32,000 bases of DNA from Microcystis aeruginosa NIES-2549 (GTDB lineage: Bacteria > Cyanobacteriota > Cyanobacteriia > Cyanobacteriales > Microcystaceae), in the NCBI RefSeq assembly GCF_000981785.2, contig NZ_CP011304.1:1380001-1412000 (forward strand). Direction: 5' to 3'. The first letter of the stretch is position 1, and each line of letters opens with the position of its first letter. Position numbers and translations under genes: made by a program. Shown piece by piece: positions 15,328-24,700 of this stretch. Under the pieces are notes generated by a model, which ran no database searches, was not told the origin of the DNA, and saw only the letters and a program-made list of their open reading frames with translations.

Positions 15328-17592
15328 ATGAATAATCAGAGCATTCAATCCGATCAGCGATTAGCTTTAATTGTGCGCGGAGCAGTACAAGGGGTCGGTT
15401 TTCGTCCTTTTGTTTATCGATTAGCAACGGAATTAAACCTAACTGGTTGGGTGAATAATACAGCAGCGGGAGTTTTTATTGAAGTCGAGGGCAATCGAGA
15501 CAAACTAGAAACTTTTTTGAATCGATTATCTTTAGAAAAACCACCTCAATCGCTAATTGAAAATATTGAGAATCAATGGTTAAATCCTATCGGTTATCAA
15601 AACTTTAGCATACGTCCTAGCAGCGGCGGTGAAAAAAATACAATTGTTCTGCCCGATTTAGCCACTTGTCCCGATTGTTTAGCCGATATTTTTGACCCTA
15701 ATAATCGTCGTTATCGCTATCCTTTTACTAACTGCACTAACTGCGGTCCTCGCTACAGTATTATCGAGAGTTTACCCTATGATCGCAGTGCCACAACTAT
15801 GAGGGATTTTAATCAGTGTCCCGAATGTCAAAGGGAATACGAAAACCCTCTGGATCGCCGTTTTCATGCCCAACCGAATGCCTGTCCTAGTTGCGGACCC
15901 CAAATTAGTCTTTTAGATAGTCAAGGCTCTGTATTAGCGGAAAAAGATCAAGCTTTAATCGCTACTGCTAGAGCAATTAAACAGGGAAAAATTATAGCGA
16001 TCAAAGGGTTAGGAGGATTTCACCTAGTTGTCGATGCAAAAAATACGGAAGCAGTGCAAAAATTGCGACAACGTAAACAGCGACCAGATAAGCCTTTTGC
16101 CGTGATGTATCCTAATCTTGAGTTAGTGAAAAACCACGGTTATGTATCTTCTTTAGAATCGCAATTATTGCAGTCTCCTGCTGCGGCAATCGTCCTGATT
16201 AAACAAAGAAAAAATTATCTTTCTCCTTCGGTTTCTCCGGGTAATCCCTATCTAGGAGTCATGTTACCCTATACTCCCCTGCATCATCTTTTATTAGCAG
16301 AATTAGGCTTTCCTATTGTAGCAACCAGTGGTAATCTAGCCGATGAACCTATCTGTATTGAGGAAAAAGAAGCTTTAGAAAAATTAGGAAAAATCGCCGA
16401 TTTATTTCTAGTTCATAATCGTCCCATAGTTCGACCAGTGGATGACTCTATTATCAGGGAAATGGCGGGAAAAGCGATGATTTTGCGCCGTGCGCGGGGA
16501 TATGCTCCCTTTCCAGTTAAAGTTAATGAGGGAGATTTTACCCCGATTCTGGCCGTGGGAAGTTATTTTAAAAATACCGTGGCTATCTACCAAAAAAATC
16601 AAGTTTTTATTAGTCAACATATCGGCGATTTAGATACGGTTAATGCTGTCAATCATTTTGAAAATATCCTCGATAGTTTAAAAAAATTATACGAGTTTGC
16701 ACCCGAAGTTATTGCCTGTGATGCTCATCCTGAATATCTAGCAACCAAGTACGCTTATAGCTTAAATTTGCCCGTTATTCCCATTCAACACCATTACGCT
16801 CACGTTTTATCCTGCATGGCAGAACATCAGCTACAACCTCCAGTTTTAGGGGTTGCTTGGGATGGAACAGGATACGGTTTAGACGGCACAATTTGGGGGG
16901 GAGAATTTATCCATATTGCTGCCGATTCTTGGCAGCGCGTCGCCCATTTTAAACCCTGGCCATTACCCGGAGGAGAAAAAGCAGTTAAAGAACCCAGACG
17001 AGTAGCTTTAGGATTACTAGAAGTTATGGAAAATACTGATAGGATAAAATCAGCTTTTAGTGAACAGGAATGGTCTATTTTTAGGCAAATGTTAACCAGA
17101 AAAATTAATTGTCCTTTAACTTCTAGTGTCGGACGTTTGTTTGATGGTGTGGCGGCGATTCTAGGTTTATGTTATCAATTAAGTTTTGAGGGACAGGGAG
17201 CAATGCAGTTAGAATTTGCCCTTGAAGGCATTAAAACGGAAGAATATTATCATTTTTCTTTATCCGCCGACTCCCCCATAGTTATTGATTGGAATCAGAT
17301 AATTTTAGGAGTTGTTGAAGATTTAGAAAAACCAGTACAAATCGGCATAATTGCCGCTAAATTTCATAATAGTTTAAGTGAGATTATTGTAGAAATTGCT
17401 CACCAAATAGGTAGAGAAAAAATTCTCCTGACGGGAGGCTGTTTTCAAAATCGTTATCTAACGGAAAGAACAATTAATCGCCTACAAGCTTCGGGATTTC
17501 AACCCTACTGGCAGCAAACTGTCCCCACTAATGATGGTGGTATTAGCCTTGGTCAAATTATCGGGGCTTTTTCTGAACTTAAACGGTTCTAG
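15328..17592 (+). CDS. hypF: [NiFe]-hydrogenase maturation carbamoyltransferase HypF
   Basis: Acylphosphatase domain (VRGAVQGVGFRPFVYRLA). Two CxxC-X18-CxxC zinc fingers (CPDCLADI...CTNCGPRYSI; CPECQREY...CPSCGP). YrdC-like and Kae1-like C-terminal domains. 754 aa. Confidence 0.95.
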   Translation: MNNQSIQSDQRLALIVRGAVQGVGFRPFVYRLATELNLTGWVNNTAAGVFIEVEGNRDKLETFLNRLSLEKPPQSLIENIENQWLNPIGYQNFSIRPSSGGEKNTIVLPDLATCPDCLADIFDPNNRRYRYPFTNCTNCGPRYSIIESLPYDRSATTMRDFNQCPECQREYENPLDRRFHAQPNACPSCGPQISLLDSQGSVLAEKDQALIATARAIKQGKIIAIKGLGGFHLVVDAKNTEAVQKLRQRKQRPDKPFAVMYPNLELVKNHGYVSSLESQLLQSPAAAIVLIKQRKNYLSPSVSPGNPYLGVMLPYTPLHHLLLAELGFPIVATSGNLADEPICIEEKEALEKLGKIADLFLVHNRPIVRPVDDSIIREMAGKAMILRRARGYAPFPVKVNEGDFTPILAVGSYFKNTVAIYQKNQVFISQHIGDLDTVNAVNHFENILDSLKKLYEFAPEVIACDAHPEYLATKYAYSLNLPVIPIQHHYAHVLSCMAEHQLQPPVLGVAWDGTGYGLDGTIWGGEFIHIAADSWQRVAHFKPWPLPGGEKAVKEPRRVALGLLEVMENTDRIKSAFSEQEWSIFRQMLTRKINCPLTSSVGRLFDGVAAILGLCYQLSFEGQGAMQLEFALEGIKTEEYYHFSLSADSPIVIDWNQIILGVVEDLEKPVQIGIIAAKFHNSLSEIIVEIAHQIGREKILLTGGCFQNRYLTERTINRLQASGFQPYWQQTVPTNDGGISLGQIIGAFSELKRF

Positions 17593-17622
17593 ATAGGATA
17601 AAATTAACTTCTTGGTTAGGAT

Positions 17623-17655
17623 AGGCAAGAGGCAAGAGGCAAGAGGTAAGAGGTA
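17623..17655. repeat. Heptamer tandem array, (AGGCAAG)x3, AGGTAAG and a partial unit
   Basis: aggcaag aggcaag aggcaag aggtaag aggta, read directly just downstream of the hypF stop. Confidence 0.8.
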
Positions 17656-17716
17656 TTTATAAGCGTTAAAGATAAACCACAGAGACACGAAGAACACAGA
17701 GAGAGCCGATTTTTTT

Positions 17717-18010
17717 CTAGAATGTTAAACGATGCCACTCGACGATTTTATTGCCTACTTTCAAAATAATTGCTTGACCTAAACCCAGTTCTTGTGTCAC
17801 ATTAACTAGATGGGCAAAATTTTGACGGGTGATTGCTAGTCCCTGCAAACAGGCTAGAAAATCGAGACAGAGAACCGTAGAAAATTCCCAGGTTTGTCGG
17901 TAAACACGGCAATTATCCGGTAAAAAAGCCACAAGAGTGCGAAAATGACTCAAAGCGGCTTTCTCAAAATTGGCGCTAGTGCAGTCAAAAGACGAGTGCT
18001 GATAGCTCAT
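17717..18010 (-). CDS. Hypothetical protein (orphan ORF)
   Basis: 97-codon ATG ORF in an otherwise gene-free gap. No motif recognised and no obvious Shine-Dalgarno site seen. Coding status uncertain. Confidence 0.4.
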   Translation of the reverse strand: MSYQHSSFDCTSANFEKAALSHFRTLVAFLPDNCRVYRQTWEFSTVLCLDFLACLQGLAITRQNFAHLVNVTQELGLGQAIILKVGNKIVEWHRLTF

Positions 18011-18375
18011 AAAAACTTTGCCTGATAGAGAAAGAGCAGGGTTTCCCTCAGACTAGCACCTCGCTTCTGGGGATCACGTTCCCTTTAGAATTTCTCAATA
18101 GACTGGCAAATCCCCCCAGAGGGGTATCCTTACCCGCGAGCAAATCGCTAGAAGCTAGGTTTCTTCCCGGAGATGGTGTACTTTAGATATTGATGTCCTT
18201 CCGGCTGGCAAGATAACCCGCAAATTTCCCCACTCGTCCCCAGCGATAAAAGGCTGTATTTAGTCAAAAATCAAGTGTTGACTTTGATGCAAAACTTGCC
18301 AAGTAAAAAATGATGACAGCCTCAAGTTGCCGCTTAACTACTTGACTAATTAACTGATAACTGGTAACTAAAATT

Positions 18376-20106
18376 ATGAATAATGCAATTGTCAAACCGA
18401 GAGATGTACAAGTAGCACCGATAGCCGCCGATACTTTTGTCTTTCGTTCCCGCACTTGGGACCGGTTAAAATTCGAGATCGAATACGGATTACAAAAGGG
18501 AACCACCGCCAATAGTTATCTGATTAAAGGTGAAAAGGTCGCTCTTTTTGATCCACCGGGAGAATCATTCTCGGATATATTTTTAGAGGCTTTAACTAAA
18601 AGAATCGATCCGAAAACTATTGATTATATTATCCTCGGTCACGTTAACCCCAATCGTGCCGTCACCCTCAAGGCACTTTTAGAAATCGCTCCTCAAGTCA
18701 CTTTTGTTTGTTCTAATCCGGGGGCAATTTCCCTGACAAAAATTCTCGAAACCGAAGCATTAAATCTGTTCGTTGTCAAGGGGGAAGAAATATTAAATTT
18801 AGGAGCAAATCATCAATTAGAATTTATCCCCACTCCTAACCCCAGATTTCCCGATCAACTCTGTACCTACGACAGCAAAACTGATATTCTCTACACCGAT
18901 AAATTATTCGGAGCGCACGTTTGTGGCGACCAAATTTTTGATGAGGGTTGGAGCGTTTATAACGAAGATCGGCGTTATTATTTTGATTGTCTCATGGCTC
19001 CCTATGCCAGCCAAATTAGCAACGCTTTGGAGAAATTAGCCGCTAAATCGCCCTTATTTTATGCTGTTGGTCACGGTCCGTTGGTGCGTTACGCGATGCA
19101 CGAATTGACCCTTTCCTATCAACAATGGTTAGCAGTACAAAAGTCCCAAGAGTTGACAATCGCCCTGATTTATGCTAGTGCCTACGGCAACACCGCCACC
19201 CTCGCTCAAGCGATCGCCATGGGGATCACGAAAGCGGCAGTAGCAGTCACGGCGATTAATGCCGAGTTCGCTGAACCAGACGAGATCAAAACGGCGATCG
19301 AAAAAAGTGTCGGTTTTATCTTTGGTTCCCCCACTTTGGGAGGACACGCACCGACTCCCATCCAAACCGCCTTGGGGATTACCCTGTCCAATGGCGATAA
19401 AAGCAAGCTGGTGGGGGTTTTTGGCTCCTACGGTTGGAGTGGGGAAGCGATCGATCTTTTGGAAGGTAAATTCCGGGATGGCGGTTATCGCTTCGGTTTT
19501 GAGCCAATTCGGGTTAAATTTAAGCCCACAGAGGCAGTTTTAAAGACCTGTGAGGAAGCGGGAACCGATTTCGCTCAAGCAGTCAAAAAAGCTCGCAAAA
19601 GCAGACAACCGAAAACTAATGTTAACCAATCCCAAAGCGATCGGCGATCGCAGTCCCTGGGACGTTTGGTGGGTTCTCTCTGTATCGTCACCTGCGAATT
19701 GGGGGAATTGCGCGGCGCCATGTTAGCCTCTTGGGTGTCGCAAGCGACGTTCACACCCCCCGGATTGACTATTGCCGTGGCGAAAGAACGAGCGATCGAG
19801 TCTCTGCTTTATAGCGGTACGCCTTTTGTCCTTAATATCCTCCAAGAAGGTCAACATTTGGCTTTAATGAAGCATTTTCTTAAACCTTTTTCCCCCGGAG
19901 AAGATCGTTTTGCTCATATCGAAACCACTAAAGCTGAAAACGGTGGGCCGATTCTGGCCGAAGCGCTCGCTTATCTGGAATGTCGGGTAGAACAACGAAT
20001 GGAGTGTGGTGATCATTGGCTGATTTATGCGATCGCAGAAAAAGGCAGGGTTTTACACCAGGGTTTAACCGCCATCCATCATCGCAAATCTGGCAGTTAT
20101 TATTAA
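18376..20106 (+). CDS. Flavodiiron protein (class C: metallo-beta-lactamase-like + flavodoxin-like + flavin-reductase-like domains), FlvA (Flv1/Flv2)-type
   Basis: Three-domain order is visible: N-terminal beta-lactamase-like fold, flavodoxin-like LIYASAYGNTATLAQAIA...FGSPTLGGH, and a C-terminal flavin-reductase-like domain. The diiron-ligand position reads HVNPNR instead of HxExDH. Confidence 0.9.
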   Translation: MNNAIVKPRDVQVAPIAADTFVFRSRTWDRLKFEIEYGLQKGTTANSYLIKGEKVALFDPPGESFSDIFLEALTKRIDPKTIDYIILGHVNPNRAVTLKALLEIAPQVTFVCSNPGAISLTKILETEALNLFVVKGEEILNLGANHQLEFIPTPNPRFPDQLCTYDSKTDILYTDKLFGAHVCGDQIFDEGWSVYNEDRRYYFDCLMAPYASQISNALEKLAAKSPLFYAVGHGPLVRYAMHELTLSYQQWLAVQKSQELTIALIYASAYGNTATLAQAIAMGITKAAVAVTAINAEFAEPDEIKTAIEKSVGFIFGSPTLGGHAPTPIQTALGITLSNGDKSKLVGVFGSYGWSGEAIDLLEGKFRDGGYRFGFEPIRVKFKPTEAVLKTCEEAGTDFAQAVKKARKSRQPKTNVNQSQSDRRSQSLGRLVGSLCIVTCELGELRGAMLASWVSQATFTPPGLTIAVAKERAIESLLYSGTPFVLNILQEGQHLALMKHFLKPFSPGEDRFAHIETTKAENGGPILAEALAYLECRVEQRMECGDHWLIYAIAEKGRVLHQGLTAIHHRKSGSYY

Positions 20107-20229
20107 CTCATGGTGACGGGCAAGGGATCGCAAAAAACAAGGGTTTCGGCTGATCCCGAAAGTGAACAATACTCTCCCCTATCCTTCTGCTACTGTTTGT
20201 AAAACAAGATCAATAAATTTCTGGCTGTA

Positions 20230-20661
20230 TTATATGCCTTGTTGTTGCATCGTTTCTATGTAAGGTTTGACTGCAGCGATCTTTCCCAACTGTTTTGCTT
20301 TAATTAAAATACCGATCGAACCTGTAATTGGAATATTGAGAGATTTACATACCTGACGAGCAGCTAATTCATCGATAAGCACTAAAGAGGCTTTTTGTTC
20401 TAGTGCAAGGACGATGACTTCTGATTCTCCTCGATCCAGAGTCGGTAATAGTAAGGAAACCTGCTGTTGAGAGGCGATTTCTCGGACAGAAATCCACTGT
20501 TCTCGTAATAGATCGATCGAGCCAGTTTTGTCTTGATCGTAAGTGCTGATTTCAAGAGCTACCGCCTTAGGAATAATGATGCTTTTAACTATTTCTTGTA
20601 AAAGACCGAGTTGACCAATTCGCGCAAAAGCGATGAGGGGAGTAGCGTTACTTACAATCAT
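20230..20661 (-). CDS. PIN-like (DUF3368-type) toxin
   Basis: MIVSNATPLIAFARIGQLGLLQEI... and the acidic residues (D/E...LIDE) are typical of DUF3368 PIN-fold proteins. It overlaps the upstream antitoxin gene by 14 nt. Confidence 0.8.
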   Translation of the reverse strand: MIVSNATPLIAFARIGQLGLLQEIVKSIIIPKAVALEISTYDQDKTGSIDLLREQWISVREIASQQQVSLLLPTLDRGESEVIVLALEQKASLVLIDELAARQVCKSLNIPITGSIGILIKAKQLGKIAAVKPYIETMQQQGI

Positions 20662-20932
20662 CAGGCTCCAGTTTTTCTATTCCCTTTAATTCAACCGCTA
20701 ACGCCGATTCGTCATAATCAAACAATACAATCCCTTTTTTAGACAAAATATCCATAAATTCTAGGCGATTAATTCTCGCTAATTCCGCCGCTTTTCCTAA
20801 AGAAAGTCGCTTTTCTTGAAAATAATAAATAGCGGCCAGAAGTTTAATTTCTTGACCGAGTTCATCAATTCCTATTTTTAAAGCGGCAAGAACATCGGGA
20901 GAAAATTCTAGATTTAATATTTCATTTTTCAT
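20648..20932 (-). CDS. UPF0175-family antitoxin
   Basis: LSLGKAAELARINRLEFMDILSKKGI is the hallmark HTH block of UPF0175. Small size and 5' position in the bicistron. Confidence 0.8.
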   Translation of the reverse strand: MKNEILNLEFSPDVLAALKIGIDELGQEIKLLAAIYYFQEKRLSLGKAAELARINRLEFMDILSKKGIVLFDYDESALAVELKGIEKLEPDDCK

Positions 20933-21266
20933 TCTAAGTACCTAGTTAAAAATAAAGTTAACTTTAGAGACAAGGGAACTCCGGAACAGGGAACAGAAGG
21001 GTTTCTGACTTTTTTTAAGATGCCTCTTAATTATTACAGCTTACAGCGTTTGTCATAAAGATGAAGTATAATCTGATTTGGCATCGTCTCCTGACTCCTG
21101 ATTGAGGTGATTAAACCGCACAGTGCGCTATTATAGCAGAGGGCAGAAGGCAGAAGGAAAATCCTTGCCAGAACTGAATTTTAGCGATTTAGGTTGTCCT
21201 AACCAACTCGTTCTCTGCTATAAGTCTTATTAAGGGGGTGTTAGACCGATGCAGGTGAGATAGTGG

Positions 21267-21388
21267 CAGCAATTCTCATTTTGAAACGATTTTGCGTTGT
21301 TTCAGCGATCTAGAGATTCGTTAAGAATTATTAACCCCTCTAGGTGCAAGGGTTTTAATGTCATGAAACCTTAAAATGAGAATTGCTG
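21267..21388. mobile_element. MITE-like mini-element / long hairpin (16-bp perfect inverted termini)
   Basis: cagcaattctcatttt (21267-21282) pairs with aaaatgagaattgctg (21373-21388). The termini resemble those of the 25460-25735 element (ggcTGCAtCTCATTTTtG vs ggcaGCAatTCTCATTTTG). Confidence 0.5.
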
Positions 21389-21429
21389 GAGGATAATACC
21401 TCCCATCGACTCTACCCACTTTATATCCA

Positions 21430-21712
21430 TTTTGTCCTTAATATCCTCCAAGAAGGTCAACATTTGGCTTTAATGAAGCATTTTCTTAAACCTTTTTCCC
21501 CCGGGGAAGACCGTTTTGCTCATATCGAAACCACTAAAGCTGAGAACGGTGGGCCGATTCTGGCCGAAGCGCTCGCTTATCTGGAATGTCGGGTAGAACA
21601 ACGAATGGAGTGCGGTGATCATTGGCTGCTTTATGCGATCGCAGAAAAAGGTAAGGTTTTACACCAGGGTTTAACCGCCATCCATCATCGCAAATCTGGC
21701 AGTTATTATTAA
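21430..21712 (+). pseudogene. Displaced duplicate of the 3' end (last 94 codons) of the flavodiiron gene
   Basis: Aligns base for base with 19824-20106, with 7 substitutions by hand alignment, and includes the same stop codon. It lacks the rest of the gene. The tracked ORF start (21383, TTG) lies in unrelated sequence. Confidence 0.9.
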
Positions 21713-21787
21713 TTTGTCGTTATGATCATTTCAGGGGGTGTTTTCAGGCAGGATAACCCACCCTGATTGGTCTAAAAATATATTCTT

Positions 21788-24700
21788 ATGAAAAGTATTG
21801 TTTTAATTGTTGGCTTTGAAACCTTTAACAGGAATTTGTATCGGCAATCGGGCCTGTTGGCCAGTTCTAAATGTCCCGATTTAGAAGTAAAAGTATTTAG
21901 CGATAAATCCTTGACTAGCGAACCGGAAATAGTCGAGCAAGCTTTAGCCACTGCCGACGTTTTTTTTGCTAGTTTGATCTTCGATTACGATCAAGTTACT
22001 TGGCTGCGGCAACGAGCGGCACAGATTCCGATTCGCTTAGTTTTTGAGTCTGCTTTAGAGTTAATGAGTTTAACCCGTTTGGGAGAATTTGCCATCGGGG
22101 ATAAACCAAAAGGAATGCCAAAACCAATTCAATTTATCTTGAGTAAATTTTCCAGTGGCAAGGAAGAAGATAAGTTAGCTGGTTATCTTAGTTTCCTCAA
22201 AACAGGTCCGAAACTACTGAAATTTATTCCCGCTAAAAAAGTTCAAGATTTGCGTAATTGGTTAATTATCTACGGTTATTGGAATGCGGGAGGAACCGAA
22301 AATGTTGCCGCTATGTGTTGGGTAATTGCCCAAAAATATCTAGGATTAAAAGTACAGGAAATACCCGAAGTTATTGAAACTCCTAATAAGGGACTATTAC
22401 ACCCCGATTATCAGGGTTATTTTCTCACTCCCCAAGAATATTTGACTTGGTATCAAAAAAATAAATCCCTTGATAAACCAGTGGTGGCACTGCTGCTTTA
22501 TCGGAAGCACGTTATCAGTAAATTGCCCTATATTAATCAATTAATCCGTCATTTTGAAACGGCTAATTTAATTCCCCTACCCGTGTTTATTAACGGAGTA
22601 GAAGGCCATACAATTGTTCGGGATTGGTTAACCACAGACTACGAAATTCAGCAAAGAAAAAAAGGAATCATTGAAACTCCTTCTTTAAGTCAAGATGCGG
22701 TGACAGTAGATGCAATTGTTTCGACGATTGGCTTTCCTTTGGTGGGGGGTCCCGCGGGTTCTATGGAAGCAGGAAGACAGGTAGAAGTGGCTAAACGAAT
22801 TCTGTCCGCTAAAAATATTCCTTATCTTATCGCTGCCCCTTTATTAATTCAAGATATTTATTCTTGGACAAGACAGGGAATCGGTGGTTTACAGAGTGTG
22901 GTTTTATACGCTTTACCAGAATTAGACGGGGCAATTGATACAATTCCTCTGGGGGGATTAGTCGGGGAAACTATCTATTTAATCCCCGAAAGATTACAGC
23001 GTTTAACTGGACGTTTAAATAGTTGGATTAAGTTACATAAAACCCCTCCGCAAGAACGCAAAATAGCCATCATTCTTTATGGATTTCCCCCGGGTTATGG
23101 GGCAGTTGGTACGGCAGCTTTATTAAATGTTCCCCGGAGTTTAGTTAAGTTTTTACAAGCTTTGCAAGCGCAGGGTTATAATGTGGGAACAATTCCCGAA
23201 GACGGGGAAGAAATTATTCAAAAAGTTAAATTTGCCGATGATGAAAATCTCTCTAAACAAAATCGTTTATCGATAGAAACTTTAGAAAATTGGCTAGGTT
23301 ATCTGTTAACTTCTCGCATTGAAAAACACTGGAAATCTCTGAAAGATGCGGGGATAAAAACCATTGGCGACCAGTATCATTTAGGGGGAATTGAGTTAGG
23401 TAATATCTGGATTGGAGTGCAGCCACCTTTAGGCATTGCTGGGGATCCGATGCGGTTAATGTTTGAAAAAGATTTAACTCCTCACCCTCAGTATGCAGCC
23501 TTTTATCAGTGGTTACAAAAAGATTTTAAGACCGATGCTATCGTTCATTTTGGTATGCACGGAACTGTCGAATGGCTGCCCGGTTCACCCCTAGGAAATA
23601 CTGGTTATTCTTGGTCAGATATTTTATTAGGAGATTTACCGAATTTATATATTTATGCCGCTAATAATCCCTCGGAATCTATCTTAGCTAAACGTCGCGG
23701 TTATGGGGTGTTAATTTCCCATAATGTGCCTCCCTACGGACGAGCGGGATTATATAAAGAATTGATGATTTTACGAGATTTGATTGCCGAGTTTCGAGAA
23801 AATCCTGAGAAAAATTACGCTTTAAGAGATAGTATTCTTCAAAAGATTATTGATACAGGTATCTCTAAAGATTGTCCTTTTCTGGAAGCAGAAAAACAGG
23901 GAATAGAATTCACTTTAGAAAATGCCAAATTATTTAGCCGCTATGCACTAACCGATTATTTTGTCAAGGTGTATAATTACTTACAAATCGTCGAACAAAG
24001 ACTATTTTCTTCGGGTTTACACACCCTAGGAACTGCTCCCAACCAGGAAGAATTAAAAGGTTATCTTGATGCTTATTTTACCGATTTATCTGAGCGAGAA
24101 TTTCAGCAAATTATCGCTGACGAAGCAACCAATGAAAAGCTTAAAGAAGGCATTGCTATTAAAAATTTATTAGGACAAAATAGCGAAGAATTAACTAATC
24201 TTTTGCGGGGATTAAATGGGGAATATGTACCACCGGCACCGGGGGGTGATTTACTCCGGGATGGTGCGGGAGTTTTACCCACAGGACGCAATATACACGC
24301 TTTGGATCCCTACCGGATGCCTTCCCCCGCAGCCTACACTCGCGGACGAGAAATCGCCAAAAAACTGCTAGAACAAAACTTAACCGAAAAAGGAAAATAT
24401 CCCGAAACTGTAGCAGTTTTACTCTGGGGATTAGATGTGATTAAAACTAAGGGTGAATCCCTGGGTATTCTCCTAGAATTAGTCGGTGCGGAACCAGTGA
24501 AAGAGGGAACGGGAAGAATTGTCAGATATGAATTAAAACCTTTAGGGGAAATTGGACACCCGCGCATCGATATTTTGGCTAATTTATCGGGAATTTTTCG
24601 CGATACTTTTATCAATATTATCGAGTTATTGGATGATTTAATGCAGCGGGCAGCCGAGATAGAAGAATCGGAAAATGATAATTATATCCGTAAGCACTAT

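Noticed and set aside
21383-21712. 109-aa ORF annotated by the track as a possible stand-alone flavin-reductase gene
   Set aside because: It starts at a TTG in unrelated junction sequence. Similarity to flv begins only at 21430 and covers just the last 94 codons of the domain. It was treated as a displaced gene fragment.
21713-21787. Cobalamin riboswitch upstream of the chelatase-like gene, and a Moco riboswitch upstream of moaC (26243-26285)
   Set aside because: The spacers are only about 75 and 43 nt, too short for either aptamer, and I could not find the conserved B12-box or Moco core sequences.
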